From the human T2T-CHM13v2.0 reference genome, Homo sapiens, in the NCBI RefSeq assembly GCF_009914755.1, contig NC_060927.1: a stretch of DNA of 64,000 nt. One strand, written 5' to 3'. A model generated the notes under the pieces. That model saw only the letters and a list, made by a program, of their open reading frames with translations, was not told the DNA's origin and ran no database searches. The translations under genes and the position numbers were made by a program. Each line of letters starts with the position of its first letter. Positions within the stretch are counted from its first letter, which is position 1. This document shows positions 1 through 17,560 of this stretch, in pieces.

Positions 1-19
1 ATATTTTCAAAATGTATGA

Positions 20-225
20 TGAATAATAAATACCTTCTTATGGGCCATGTAGTAAACTCAGTGATATATGTATATAGTAACTCATTTGCTATTCATTGCA
101 ATCCTGTGAGTTAGATATTATTTGCATGTTCATTTAGCAGGTAAGGAAATTAAGGCTTAGAGAAAGTAGAAGCCTTGACAAGTATTTCATCACTAGTAAA
201 GGACAGGGTTTGAATTTCTTCCCAG
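20..225 (-). mobile_element. MIR SINE (old, diverged)
   Basis: Antisense MIR core-like text: 'atcctgtgagttagatatta...gtaaggaaattaaggcttagagaaag...ggtttgaa'. Confidence 0.6.
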
Positions 226-829
226 ATGTGTATGAGACCCAATTGTTCCTCCAACCACTAAGAATATTGCCTCCCATGCTAACAAAATCTGTCTCCAGTC
301 CCAAGAATATAAAACCTTCTTGAACTTCCTTTTCTTCTAGTGTTTTACAAGCCATCAAATTTTCATCTTTTTATGGGATTTTCAAATAAGATACAAAATA
401 TATATAATTGTCCTTAACTTTTAATTCATCTTGCCCCTTATCACAAACACAATATAATACATAACAGCTGAATGAGAAAAATAGTAAAGAAGGTTGATTC
501 TGCTTATTATTTGGTCAAAATAATAAACATATATACATGTACACACACAAAGTAGAGTCTAAATTTGGAGGGTTTTTCAAAATATCTTACTTCAGTCAGA
601 GTAGGAATATTTTCCTTTTACTTGAATCATACCTAGGATTTAAATTTGGTTCAAGTTAAAATATGAAGTGATCCCATTCATGATATTTCTTTATTAGAAA
701 GTATAAGGGACAAATACAAGAAATGCCAAAAAATGAGCTTCTCTCTCAACTTGTAGGAACTTCTCAGTTCTATTGCTATTGCATATATTTATTATTTTCT
801 GGCAGCATCTCTTGGAGTTTGTTCTCTCC

Positions 830-1428
830 TTGTCCTTAGTTCCTATATGTGCAGCTGACCCACCCTACAGTTCTAGGGTTGAAACATAACCTAGAGCCTT
901 CCAAAAGAGTGACCATTTCCATGGCTACAACAATCAATTTAGGGGTAGGTATGTGAAAAAACAAAAAACAAAAACAAAATTTAGAGTCCTCACAAATATT
1001 TTTGCAAGTACTCTTAGGTAAAAGACTCCCCTTTGCTCTGAGAAAGCTAATGATGTGGATGATGTAAGCCCAGCATTACACTGGGTGACCCCTAGGCTGT
1101 GGTAGGTAATCTGCATTAACTCCTTCTTATCTTTGCATGCATGCCCTTTGCATTGTGACTTTGCTACTTGTGGCAAGAGATGAAGTCCTTAGAAACCATA
1201 CAGAAAGAGTCTGCCATAAATAAATTATTCAATAGAAAAGTAAAAAGAGATAAATAGAAAGAGCTTTTAAAGCTGTAGGGACCTTAAGATTTCATTTAAG
1301 CTTCTATATCTAGTGACACATGAAGTCCATCCTGGACTTTGTAGATACATAAGTAAATAAAATCTATTTTTACATAAGCTATTTGAAAGGGGGTTTCTGT
1401 CGCTTGTGCCAAAATTGATCTGGCTTAC
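830..1428 (+). mobile_element. Old ERVL/MaLR-type LTR fragments (LTR16/LTR33-like end, MLT1-like piece near 1097-1190)
   Basis: End 'gggtttctgtcgcttgtgccaaaa' resembles old ERVL LTR termini; 'tgtggtagg...gccctttgcattgtgactttgct' resembles an MLT1F/G start. Confidence 0.4.
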
Positions 1429-1829
1429 ATTTCAAATTATGTGTCCTTATGAATTTCAACTTAAAAATTGTAAAATTTGAGATATAGAAATAATAAAATA
1501 TTTGAAATAAGCTTCAAGTAGTAGTTACTATTTCTACTCCTTAACTATTAAATATAATAGCTAATATTTATAAAAATACATGGATATTATTTAAAATTTG
1601 TTATATATAATTATTACTTTTTATTAATATTAGCAGATCTAATAAACTGTGTAGCTAGTATCTAAAATTCCAATCTCATATTATTTGTAGTTACTATATG
1701 CTCAACTTCTTGACCCATTATCAACTATTAAAATACTCCTAAATTATGATAATTCATACATTTCCTATTTAATATATATTAAATACGGCTGTTTTCTTTT
1801 TTAAAATTTTTCAATGTCTTAACACAGTT

Positions 1830-2192
1830 TATCATTCAATAAACATTTATTGAGTATATTTTTAAAATGTTTGCTGATTATATATCATGTGCTAAACACA
1901 ACTCAAGATATTGGAAACTTCTCAATGAATAAAATATATAAAGCCTACGTTCTTACAGAGTATATGTATTGGGGATGAGAACAATAAGCAAATAAGTATT
2001 AAATAATATAATTTATTTTGACAGGTGTTAGAAAAACAAGGGAAGAAAATGACAGAAAGAGAGGTGATATTTTGTGGGGCCAAAAAGTCCTCTCTGAAGT
2101 GGTGATATTTTAGTAACATAAACTTGAATTATGGGAAGAAGGTAGCTATGGAAATTTCTGGCTAAAATGTTTTAGGCAGAGGGAATAGCAAG
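1830..2192 (-). mobile_element. L2 3' end
   Basis: 'tcattcaataaacatttattgagta' is the antisense L2 tail; 'taggcagagggaatagcaag' L2 motif. Confidence 0.65.
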
Positions 2193-2629
2193 TTATTTAA
2201 AATTAAAATAGAAAAAATAAGTACATAGATAAATTCAGCATACAGAAATACACAAAATGTTCATCACTTTTATCTTTTTTGAAATTACTATTTTTAAAAA
2301 ATATAAAATGTGGGGTATAATATGATTAGATAACACTCCAAGATATTACAACTAGGTTGATGTTTAATAAAATTATGTAAAAAATACATAAGAATATTAA
2401 GGGGAGCATCTGCCCAGGGATATGGGGTGGCAGCCTAATGAGACATGTTGGAGCCTGAATGGGGTGAGCAGAGTATCTTCACGAGGAAAAGGTCAGTGAC
2501 AGCAACATCCCTGCACAGTGTATCAGAGCCCAGCATGAGTGAGGAAAACATGTAAGTTTGGTGTGGCAGTGTAGCACTAGGAAGTTGAATACACAAGAAG
2601 CAATGATCAAAAAAATACATTAAGCATAA

Positions 2630-3945
2630 TAAGAGCCTAGTTTCTCAAATGTCAGACAAAAGGGTTACAGACAGGAAAAAAGAAAAAGCAAGAATGAACT
2701 CTGTGGTGTTGGATTTTGCAAACAATGGCATTATTGTGAACTATTAGATAGATGATAGCTAGCTAGACAGATGATAGATAGATGATAGATAGATAGATAC
2801 ATAGATAGATAGATAGATAGATGATAGATGCTCCATATAAATGTAAGTGTGTGGGGTGTGTGTGTTTGTGTGTGTGTGTGTGTGTATATTCCCTACCTCT
2901 CGCAGCTTGGGATCGTTAATCTCCAATAGTAATGAGCACACCTCACACTCAGATTCTGATTTCTAAATAGCATGGTCCACTCAAGGGAAGCAGAACTCCT
3001 TGGAGAAGTGATTCATTTAGGGTTGGGAAAGAGAAGCTGTAATATGAGCATGGAATATCTTGTCAAAAAGAAATAAATTCTTAGAAAATGATAGAGAAAT
3101 GTCAAAGGGACACTACAGAAGTTACCTTGAAAGGAAACCCACTGACCAAATCTGGGGAAATTTTAACATCAAAGTAAATAATGAGAATATTGGACTGTGA
3201 CCCATTAAATAAAATGAGAATCCATTAATCCATGCAGATATAAATTAATTAAAATTTTGATGAGAAATTGAATATTTGCATAGCCTCAAAATACCTCCCC
3301 ACAGAAAATATTTATTAATTATAAAAAGAAAGAAAGTATGGTGAGAAGCCTGGAAGATACCACCTAAATCAGGTAATAAAGTTAACTTCACCAGTAATGG
3401 AATAAATCAAACTTATGTGTCACCTGATGGGATGAAAGCATTCAGAGTCACTTTGTGATATTCATGCCCAAATTGCATAACTTTAATCTTCTAATCATGA
3501 GGAAACATGTGATAAACCCAGTGGAGAAACATTCTACCAAATGACAGTCGTATAATATCTTTAAGAATGTCATGGTTCTGAAGTCAAGGAAAGACTAAAC
3601 AACTGTTCCAGAATGAAGGAGTTCAAAATAAGACGACAACTAAATGTTGTACATAATTCTGTACTGGTTCTTTTCTTATAAAGTACCATATTGAAATAAA
3701 GTAGCATATTGAAACTGCTGGAAAAACGTGAATGGAATCTAGGGCTTAGATGGTAGTAATGTATTAATATAAATTTCCTAAATGTGGTTATGTAATAGAA
3801 AGTCTTTGATCTATGCTAAAGTATTTAGGGGTGATGAGGCATTGTGATGTTCCTTCACTCTCACATGGCTCAGGAAAGTGTTATTTAAATTATTCTTGCA
3901 ATTTTTATAAGGTTGAGATTTTTTTCAAAATAAGAGCATTTTTTA
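2630..3945 (+). mobile_element. Old L1 (L1MC/L1MD-type) 3' UTR
   Basis: 'aatcatgaggaaacat...aaggaaagactaaacaactgttccaga...caactaaatg' L1MC-type 3' UTR motifs; ends 'gagattttttcaaaataag'. Confidence 0.7.
2745..2886. repeat. Compound STR: interrupted (GATA)n followed by (TG)n
   Basis: Directly visible: GATA run 2745-2830 and TG run about 2847-2886. Confidence 0.95.
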
Positions 3946-5073
3946 AAACTTAAGTGACAAGGACAGAATAATTCAGCAACACTTAGTGATAACAAGATAA
4001 GAGTAAGTATTACAATGAGAAATTGAAGGACCTAAAGTAGAGCCTCTTACTCTGCTAGTATTATTATATTATCAACACTAGTTTAGGTCGTCCCCAGGCA
4101 GGCCTTTAATTCTCAGTGTCAAGAAATTAGAAATTAATATAAGACCCTAACATCTAGAATATGGAATACACACACACATATTTAAAATAAATCTTATGTT
4201 TTGTACTTTCTACCTAAAATATGTGGTGTAGTGATTCTAAGTCAACCATATTTTGTCTTTGAAAATCCTGAGCCCTCCATGAAATACCTAGGTATACATA
4301 CTAACAGATTATGTGTAAATGTGTATTCTAATATAAATTCCTGGACATACAGAAGTCCCAAGTAGGCAAAAATTAGGTAAGTAGTTCTCCATACAGAATT
4401 CCCTCATATACATAATAGTTCTCCTAGATGTTCTACCTGTGAGACTATATTTTAAAATGCTGAGCTAAATTGAATGTGATATAAATATTTACATAATGAA
4501 ATTCCCAAATTAGGTCTACAAAACTTAATTATAAGTGAAGATCTAATATAAACATTCTTTGGATTTTAGTGCCAGAGTAATTCTTTGAAGTATAGTTAAG
4601 AATAAAAGGAAAGTAATTAATAATAAATCACTCCACCCTCAAGAGTCATAAATCTATTTGCACTTTAAAATCTTCATTCTTATATAAAGATTATAATCTT
4701 AATGTTTCTTTGGAAAGTGACAAAATTTACATAAAATCAAAAGATTATGTCTTCTTAACTGACTCTGCTGTCCTTGGAAATGGGAGGTATCAGTTTTAAT
4801 GGGAGGAAAGACTAATTGATGGATTAATTTCTGTTTGTCTAGTCCTTTGAAGATTAAGTGTTACTCAAACGCAATAATATTAAGATTTATTCATCACTAT
4901 CAAGAGCAAAGCCTATCATAGATATAAATTCCCCATAATCAATCTTTCACTTATAAATGGAATCAGATTAATTCTATTAACAAAAATTAAAATAAAATGT
5001 AAGATTCCAATACCTCCCCCAAAGGACAGCAGCAATTAAGTCCAGTAATTGTGACAAGTATAAATAGTGCTAT

Positions 5074-5479
5074 TGTCTTATTTTATTTTCTGTTGCTTAG
5101 AGCAGAACATCTGAAACTAGGTAATCTATAGAGAAAAGGAATTTATTTCTTACAGTTATGGAGGCTCAGAAGTCCAAGGTTGAGAGGCTGCATTTGGCGA
5201 GGTCCTTCTTGCTGGTGGGAACTCTCTGTAGAGCCCAGAGGCAGCTCAGGGCATCACAAGATAAGGGGGCTAAACATACCAGCTCAGGTCTTTCTTCTTT
5301 TTATGAAGCCACCAGTCTCACACCTATGATAACCCATTGATCCATTAATTCATGAGTGGATCAACTCATTCATGAGAGCCCTCATGACTCAATCACCTCT
5401 TAAAGGCCCCACATCTCAATACTGCCACAAAAAAGTTTCAACATAATTTTCAGAGGGAACAAACATTCCAATCATAGCA
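5074..5479 (-). mobile_element. MST-family (ERVL-MaLR) solo LTR
   Basis: TG...CA termini, MST motifs ('ggaggctcagaagtccaagg', 'aatcacctcttaaaggccccac'), perfect 5-bp TSD gctat at 5069-5073 and 5480-5484. Confidence 0.9.
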
Positions 5480-6359
5480 GCTATGTTCCTTAGTGAATTG
5501 TTTTATCTGCAGATAATATAAGCATTACAGAATACATCAAAATGTATCAGATTTGCTGACTCCTTATTTTACACTTACATTAGACTGTGTCATTTTGTTA
5601 ACTTTCGTAAATGCAGATTGATGCTTGGTCTGAACATAACTTCTGAAAGCATTCAAAGCTTATATTAATTAATAAAACATTCCTTTTAAATTAAATCTTT
5701 ATACTACTTTAATTTCTTAGAATTGATTTGGAGACATTGGAGGAAAATATATACATATTCCCTGGAGCTTCCAAAAATAATATCTAAGTATTACTCCTAG
5801 ATAGAATTTTTCTTGGTTTACCATGACAATGAATAAAATTCCAAATTGAGTCATAGATTATAATGTGCTCTTGGAATAGTGCTAACAAATTTATAAAAAT
5901 TAAAAAAAAACCAGGCCAACACTATTTAAAGTAGCCATGTGATACCTCTTATTTTACTTTAGATGTTTATAGGACTATGTAAACTGAATGACAAATTATT
6001 TTATCTAAGACCAAACTGAATTCTTGGCTCCTTTCAGCGGAATTTTATGCGATATCTGAATATATTTTCTGTTACCCATTCAGAACTGTTTATTGAATGT
6101 CTTTCATAATCTCAATGTACTGCTAGATGTTGGGCAGGATATAAGAGAATTTTAAGCACACCACCCTGTTCCAGAAAACTTTCAAAATACTTTACAAAGA
6201 TAAATTTTAAAAACAAGTTAGTATAAATTAAAAATAAATTTAAAAGAAGACAAATTAACAAAGGTAGAGACACAAGATGTTACACAATCACATGCAAAAA
6301 TGTAAACTTCCTCCCCAACCTAATTCCATACAGACATTCCCTTATTCACTCACTCCAGT

Positions 6360-6692
6360 CATACCAGCCTCATATCTGATTTGTCAACATGGGAGCTCTT
6401 GGGAACTTGCTTTTCCTCTACTATGTTCCTCCCACTTGGAATGCTGATCTCCTCAGTTATAACAGCACTCTACATTTATTCTATGTATTGCCTACCTTTA
6501 CTGCCTTCAAAGCATTTACTACATTGGAAAATTATTATTTATTTGATAGTTTGTGTGTCCATTGTCTTCTGAACCAATTAGAAGGTCATCTCCATAATGA
6601 CAAGGACTCCCTCTTTACATTTGCATCCTCAGCAACTAGTACGATATCTAGGATATAGTAGGTGCTTAATAAATATTTGTTAAATGAATACA
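6360..6692 (+). mobile_element. L2 3' end
   Basis: Ends 'atagtaggtgcttaataaatatttgttaaatgaat'. Confidence 0.65.
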
Positions 6693-6699
6693 TTAAATA

Positions 6700-6822
6700 T
6701 AGAAATGCATTATTATTTTTCTGAGCTCGCAATAAATTAAAATTAAAACATTTTTGTGGGCTCCTAAAGGTATTGTGGGTTCTTAGACTCTATGTCTACT
6801 GTGCTTATAGAATAAGTTTACT
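6700..6822 (-). mobile_element. hAT-type non-autonomous DNA transposon fragment (ORSL-like)
   Basis: 'aaaacatttttgtgggctcctaaaggtattgtgggttcttagactctatgtctactgtgc' resembles my recollection of the ORSL terminus. Confidence 0.4.
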
Positions 6823-6997
6823 CTTTTTCCAACGGTAATTTCGATGTCACTTCATCCCCCCAAACACTTCTCTGATCCCAATAACTGTAGAAATGAACAC
6901 ACAGCATGCATTACTCTTTTATCTTCTCCACTTTGATAGCACTTTCTGTGAGCCCCAATAAACTTCATAATAGACTAGAAGCAAAGTCTGTATCTAA

Positions 6998-7342
<345 letters not shown>

Positions 7343-7592
7343 AAAGCTTGACATTTTCTAATTAACAATAAATGTATTTTGATTTCATATTGGATTCCTA
7401 TACTAATAATATCAGTTCTAACAGTTAAGGAAGTTTCATGAAACGAAAACTACTTTAGATGGCCCTAGAGGCATTGACAATTCATGTCATAAGTGATAAA
7501 ATGTTGAACACCTTTGGTAGAAACACTTCGTTGGTCACACCTCCTAAAATAATAGATAAATTGGGACCAGATGACAAAGAACCATGAATTTC

Positions 7593-10062
<2,470 letters not shown>

Positions 10063-10097
10063 AGAACCGTGAATTTCAAGTACAGAATTTGAGTGTT

Positions 10098-10417
10098 TTT
10101 GTTTTTTGTTTGTTTGTTTGTTTGTTTGACAGAGTCTTTCACTCTATCACTTGGGCTGGAGTGTAGTGGTGCAATTTCAGCTCACTGCAACCTCAACCTC
10201 CTGGGCTCAAGTGATCCTCCTGCCTCAGCCTCCAAGTAGCTGAACTACAGGCATGCACCACCATGCCTGGCCAATTTTCCTTTTTTTTTTTTTTTTGGTA
10301 GAGATGGGGTTTTGCCATGTTGCCCAGACTGTTCTTGAACTCCCTGGGCTCAAGCTATGCACCCACCTCGACCTGTCACAGTGCTAGGATTACAGGCATG
10401 AGCCATCATGCCCAGCT
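10098..10417 (-). mobile_element. AluJ
   Basis: 'ctcctgggctcaagtgatcctcc' AluJ diagnostics; (TTTG)n tail. Confidence 0.9.
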
Positions 10418-10734
10418 GAGTATTGGGATCTTGATGCAGTAATCTATGAGGAGAGCCTGTAGGTTCTTGACCAGGAAAGCAACATGGTGAGAATGTTATT
10501 TTAGGAAGATTTATCTCTGAGTTGGGCATTGAAGAGATTAAAGCAGGAAAAGTCTGGAGGCAAGGAAACAAGAAAAATTGTAGAAATGAATTAGTATGAC
10601 TAGACTATGCACCAAGATATAGTTTCATTCTAGTTTTTGTTTTACTTTTTACTTCATTTAATGGTAAATACAAGGCATTGTATTCAGGATATTCATTTTC
10701 TAAGCTACTTCTTTTTTCAAAAATTTATTATCTT

Positions 10735-11034
10735 GGCCAGGTGTGGTGGCTCACACCCGTAACCCCAGCACTTTGGCAGGCTGAGGCAAGAGGTCTGCTT
10801 GAGCCCAAAAGTTTGAGACAATCCTGGGCAACATAGTGAGACTCTATCTCTACAAAAAAAATAAAAAATAAAAAAAAATTAGCCAAGCATTGTGGCATGT
10901 GCCTGTAGTTCTACTCGGGGGTCTAAGGCTGGAGGGTTACCTGAGCCTTGTAGTTCGAGGCTGCAGTGAGCTATGATCATGCCACTGCACTCTTGCCTGG
11001 GTTATAAAGTGAGACCATGTTTGAAAAAAGAAAA
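10735..11034 (+). mobile_element. AluJ
   Basis: 'cttgagccca','ggcaacatagtgagac','gaggctgcagtgagctatgatc'. Confidence 0.9.
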
Positions 11035-11767
11035 GTCATGATCTTAAATGTCTTGACACATGTTTCATCAGAAACATTGCCTATTTCCTTCACACATGAA
11101 GCAACAATGTATTCTTAAATTTTCAGACCAATTAGTCAACAATCAAGCAATTTTTGAACAATCTTGGTAACTTTTTTTGACTGAGGCCACATCAGATTCA
11201 AATGCAAAAGCATAATAAAAATAACTGTTCTATATGTGGTACTTTCTAATAAAAAACTTTAAGTTACACTATTTTATTTATTACTATATCAACAAATTAT
11301 TGGTATTACATAAAACCCATTTTATTGAAGACAAAACTGGTAAGTTATGAAGCTAAGAAATGAACCTAGTGTATCTGACACAGAGCCCATTTGCCTTCTG
11401 TCGACCTTCTCAAGGAAGGTAAACATATACATAAGACCATCATACTAGAAAGTAAGAGAGCAGATGCCACAAGGTCTAAACCCCTGCCCAAAATAAGATC
11501 TCATGAAAACACTGAACATGGAAACATGAAAACTTTAACTGGACCTTGAAATTGTAGCTTGTTCAGAGAACATTCTGAATAGAGTAAACAGCAGGAATGA
11601 AGAGTGGAGATAAGAATCATCTTGTCCTGTATCTAGAAAGGCTGTGTAAATGATAACACCAGATGAGAGGTTTCATGTTGAGTCATAGAGTGAATTGAAC
11701 TGGATCAGTAAGATATGGTAAGAAAGAAAAATGAGACATGAAGAATGCTTCAAAGAAGTCTAATTTA

Positions 11768-12199
<432 letters not shown>

Positions 12200-12499
12200 T
12201 CATATAAAGTTCCTCAGTAGACAACTGGGGATGGCAAAATTCAACTGAATTATAAACAGAGAGACTAGAAGCTCTTAGAGTAACCCGTTACTAAAGAGAG
12301 TGCGGACTGAGCCATGTTGGCATCTATCAAGGAAGCCTGAAAAAATATGGTTACATCTTCAAAAATGCAATACTTAGAGAAAAAAAAACGTGAATTATAT
12401 GGGGCATAGATAGTCATGTATATCAAAAAATTGTCAAAAAATTGTAGGGCAAGTTAGAAAAGGGATTAAATACACTTGTGTAAAGGTATGATTTCCCTG

Positions 12500-12528
12500 A
12501 ACTTAAAATAAAAGTTGGAAATTTTTAA
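12500..12528 (+). mobile_element. Extremely 5'-truncated L1 (terminal ~30 nt only)
   Basis: '(ccctg)aacttaaaataaaagttggaaa' resembles the terminus of older L1PA elements; 18-bp direct repeats at 12482-12499 and 12529-12546. Confidence 0.65.
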
Positions 12529-12734
12529 AAAGGTATGATTTTCCTGTATTATTCCCCATTTACTTTGCGTACAAAAAAAAAAAAAGAAACTGAGATTTTA
12601 AATTTTGCTCATTGTAATATATACCAGTATACAACAACCACTTGCACCACAGGAATTTCTGTGTGTGAATGGAGGAGGGGGTCACTGGACAAGCTTACAA
12701 TGTGCAAGAAGTAGAAATAGGCCTTTCCTTTGTG

Positions 12735-12898
12735 CTACTAAATTTAATTCTCTCAAAAGCTTGTGATCTGGCTACTATCATTATTTTCAAGTTGGAGAGG
12801 TAAGTGTGGAGCTCACACTACTTGTTTACTGGATTGGAGAGCCACTATTCAAGCCCAGATTTGCCTGACTCTGGAACAGGCACTTTTGTCTACTATAT
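12735..12898 (-). mobile_element. MIR fragment
   Basis: 'ttcaagcccagatttgcctgactctggaac' antisense MIR 5' region. Confidence 0.5.
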
Positions 12899-14004
12899 GG
12901 TAAATTTCACTAAAATTAATGGGCTGAGTTAAGTCTGGATGCTGGAATACGAATGAGTAATTGAATGTGTTCAAAATTATAGGTCACATTTCAACACCAT
13001 GCAGCAAAGGTGGGTTCCTCACCAACTCTCATCACTATTGCTCAATAACAGGAAATTAAAGATATTTAGCACATTTTTAAATAAATAAACTCAGCTTAAT
13101 TCCACTTATCTTTTTCCTCCCAAACCTTTGAGGTATGTATCTACAATGTGCAAGGCTCTAGGCCTTCTCTTGAATTCATTTCATAAGCAAGTGGAAGTCA
13201 GATGTAAGTTGCAAACAAATAAAAATAAGTAAGAGATTTTATTTCTCTCTGACTTTCATCAGCCTCTGTTGAAATCTTATTTAAGTATTTTGTGGTAAAC
13301 TCATTCCTTTCCTATCTTGAAGATGACGAGCTTTTTAGTCATCATTTTAAGAAGCCAACTCATTCTTTAACAAGAACAGTTATAGAGAGGCCAAGAGCAA
13401 TAACTCTTATCATTTTATTCTGAGGCAGTGAATGTATTTTATACCATCTTTGGACACAATGTAAATCTCAGAATCAGGAGCTAGACTGTTTGTTTAAATG
13501 AATTAACTTCATACTCAAGTAGCCATGATAACTTGAACCATAAATTAAGCTGATTTAAAAGAACTCAGCAGAAGAACATTCCGAAACTGGTTATAGAACC
13601 AAAGAAGAGACTGAGATGTTTTACTTTTAAAGGAAGTTATTTTAACAGGATCTAATATACTTCATTTTCATTTTTGGTACAGTGTACTTTGGGACTTGGA
13701 AATTGGAAGAAAACTATATGACCATTACTAGAATGCTGTATCAATCCTCCTTACTAACAGCACATTAAAAACTTTTTCCCTTCAAAGTTTATGTAAGAAA
13801 AACTGAGTATGATATTTTCTCCTGAAATAAAGAAATAAAAAAAGAATACTTTTATATTAGAGAAAAGAATAATTACATATGTAGATTTGAACTATCTCTT
13901 ATAATTGAGATTGTATTATTAAGGTCCATTAGTAAAGGTTTTCTTGTTACCTCTAATTTGTGTGTACAGAGAAGATGAAGTTATGTCCTCATGGCCCTCC
14001 CCAT

Positions 14005-14155
14005 ATATGCTTTACATGCATTGTCATGTTTCCTTAATACAGCTACTAGGGAATAGATATTACTGTTAATTCCAGGTGATAAAGAAACTGAAGTGTAGAG
14101 GGTTGTCACTTGCCCACTCAACTTGTAAGGGCCCCAGCAGGAATTCAAACCTAAG
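14005..14155 (-). mobile_element. MIR fragment
   Basis: 'gataaagaaactgaagtgtagagggttgtcacttgccc...ggaattcaaaccta'. Confidence 0.55.
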
Positions 14156-14204
14156 AAAACATACCTCCTTGATGGGTTGGCAAAATTACTATGTTTACAA
14201 CATT

Positions 14205-14450
14205 CTTTTTCTTTTTTAATCAACTTTATTGAAGTAGACTTTACATAGGACAAACTATATTCATTTTAAGTGTCCAGTTCAATGAGTTTTGGCAAATGGA
14301 TGTGGCCATGTAACCATCATTACAAGAAAGACACAGAACATTTCCACCACTCCCAAGAGTTCTCTCTCACCCATTTGGTGTCAGTACCTCATGTCTTCTT
14401 CCTTTCTGGCAACCACTGATTTGCATCACTAGCTACATTTTTCATTTTAC
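14205..14450 (-). mobile_element. L1ME-type 3' end
   Basis: 'caactttattgaagta...ttttaagtgtccagttcaatgagttttggcaaatg...ggcaaccactgat'. Confidence 0.75.
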
Positions 14451-16356
14451 TGCATGCATGTTTTGTTTGAAACAAGGTCATTTTACATAAAATGCCAAAT
14501 GCATTTTTCTTCCTATTTAACAGTAGAGTTTGAAATGATAGGGTCCTTATATTAATATTTGTAAATATTGCCAAATAAAACTCCTAACCAGATACATAGC
14601 AATTAGTTTAGGGTTTAAAGGCTTGATGGCAATAAGAAAGGGAATAAAAGACTATATAAGTTTATTTTACAAAACTTGACTGAATGAAAAATCAAGTAGT
14701 AAATAATTTTTAAATAAAATAAATAGAAATAAAATTAATATGGTCTTATATACCCCAAAGTGATAGTACCCAACTTGGAGAGCGATCAATATGTCCAAAT
14801 AATCTGAATCTCAGTCATGTTATCACCAGTCTTCTTTCTGCCTGACATCGTACTTCCTGCCTCCTTTACTCTCCTCGTGTCTCTCAACTTCCCTGCTTCC
14901 TTCTTCATACGTAACCTGAGGCTCTCCAGCTACCTTCCTTCTTGGACCTTTGAGTCACTTGTTCTGACCTGTGACCCAGGCAACAATTGAGAGCAGCAAA
15001 TTGCTACAGGGCTTGACTAGCCCGAATGATGTCTTCTTAGTCCTTTACTATCTGATTGTTGTGGTATAATTAAAAGAAGTAAATAATTAGTTACAAACAG
15101 ATGAACCACTTCAAGAGGTAAAGAAATTACAATGTTCAGATATGCAAAACACACGGCATTTTTTTTCCTATAACTCATCTGATTTGCCTTTGAAATTCCT
15201 ACTTCTTTCAATAGTAGAAGGGAAAACAAAACACTCTTCAAATAACCTGGGCTACAGTATTTTTTTTCTTCCTTGTTAACTTGTCTCTTCTAATTGATTT
15301 TGTCTTTCTCAAGTAGGTCTTTCAGATGCTTTCTCCTTCATGCTTTTTGGAGAGATGGTGTCTGGATAACAATGGGCTTTCTTAGTCATTTGGAGGTAGC
15401 AGAGAAGGATGCTCAAAGCCACCAAGTTTTAGAAAAGTGTCTATCTACACTAGCTGTTCTTTTCTATTTTGATTATACTTGTCTTTTTTTTTCACAGCCA
15501 GATGGAGCACATAGGTTGAGCTCTCTACTGCCTCTTCTGCATATCATCTCTCACTTCTTCTCTAGAGGATTAAGCTTTAAAAGAGTGTCCACTCCACACT
15601 GGTGAAGAAACGCTACAATAGAGTCAGATCACTGGCACCAGATCTCTCAGTGAAGCTACAGAAAATTAGAAAATCCTCTTATATTGTAGCAACACTAAAA
15701 TATTAAGGCTGTTGTTTTGCTAAGAACACAGAAACAGAATTTTGCAAGTCAAAATTAGTACTGATGTTCTTTGTCTTCTCTGTCTCTCTCATTATTGTTT
15801 TAGTCTCTGATATAGCAATGCCGATCTTCCTTGAGATAAAGTGAGGCTACCTGAAGGACTGTACCCCAAAAAATTAAAGAAAGAAAATCATATTAATAGA
15901 CATATTTAAATGTATTGCCATGACTTCAACTATAAATGGGGGAAAAAAAGAATTCAAAACATACACATTTTTGTTTAATATTGTTTCACAGTGCCCTTTC
16001 TTATAATGTCAAAACTTCCCAGCCAGGCATTCAGAATTTTCCACAAAATTATCCATTTTTTCTTGCACTATTTTCCTGTAAAATATATGTTCTAAACACA
16101 ACAACCCTTGTTTTCCTAAATGATGTCTACTCTTTTGTTTCTATGTCTTTTGCTCATACTATCCCCACTATCTAGAATGTCCTCCCTTGATAGACATCTT
16201 TGGAAGCCTGTTCACTTAGGCCTAACTCAAATCCCATCTCTCCCGTGAAGCCAAGCAATATTGTTCAGTCTCTATCTTGTTCTACTTCATATTTCTATTA
16301 TATGTTTTAGCCCTGGTATAACAATTTATCTTTTTCTATATGTATTAGAAATTTCT

Positions 16357-16672
<316 letters not shown>

Positions 16673-16832
16673 CTAAAGTGAGTAGTTGCAGGGTGGGAAC
16701 TACAGCTGGTGACAATTCACCCTGGCCTCACTGATAATATTCAGCTCAATGCTTTACATAGTGCTTGGCATGTGGTATGTAATCAAATCTGTGATGTTGG
16801 TCGAATGACAATTAAAACAAAATGTTATTTCT

Positions 16833-17127
16833 AGGTGGGCCCAGTGGCTCACGCCTATAATCCCAGCACTTTGAGAGGCCGAGGCGGGCAGATCACCTGA
16901 GGCCAGGAGTTCGAGACCAGCCTGGCCAACATGGCGAAACGCTGTCTCTACTAAAAATACAAAAAATTAGCCGGGCATGGTGGCAGATGCCTTTAACCCC
17001 AGCTACTCAGGAGGCTGAGGCAGGAGAATCCCCTGAACCCAGGAGGTGGAGGCTGCAGTGACCTGAGATCGCGCCATTGCACTTTGGCCTGGGAAACAAG
17101 AGGGAAACTCTGTCTCAAAAAAAAGAA
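16833..17127 (+). mobile_element. AluS (Sx-like)
   Basis: Full dimer; 14-bp TSD aaaatgttatttct at 16819-16832 and 17128-17141. Confidence 0.95.
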
Positions 17128-17560
17128 AAAATGTTATTTCTGATAAAATTCAGAAGAATTGTGCCTGGCCTTTTGGGATCAAACAATACCTTATATATAA
17201 ATCCCATACACAATCTATATAATACAAAGAACTTTACAAAAGATAGATTTTTAAAAATGTACTTTTCTAGTAACCAGAAGAGATTAAGAAGGTCTATGTT
17301 CTAGTAACTAAAGGAGATTAAGGAGGTCTTCGTGTTTAAATTGCTACATTTTTTAAAAATAAAAAATGCATTTTTATACTATTTGGAAAATTGCATGAAA
17401 TTAGGTTTTTATATCTTGATACCTAAATATTGAATCAATTTAGATTATGTATATTGTAATTTCAGAAGAGCAACTACAGTGATCAGAGTCAAGGATAGTA
17501 ATTCAAATTAAAAGCAAAAAAATTAGCACAGACTAATTTATATCTTAAAAGCACAGCTCA

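Noticed and set aside
10098-11034. Closely spaced inverted AluJ pair as a dsRNA/editing element
   Set aside because: Common arrangement, both copies are diverged, and transcription of the region is not shown.
15294-15660. 103-aa ORF and strong acceptor-like 'tttttttttcacag' near 15497
   Set aside because: No recognisable protein similarity and no convincing downstream donor; cannot be supported without transcript data.
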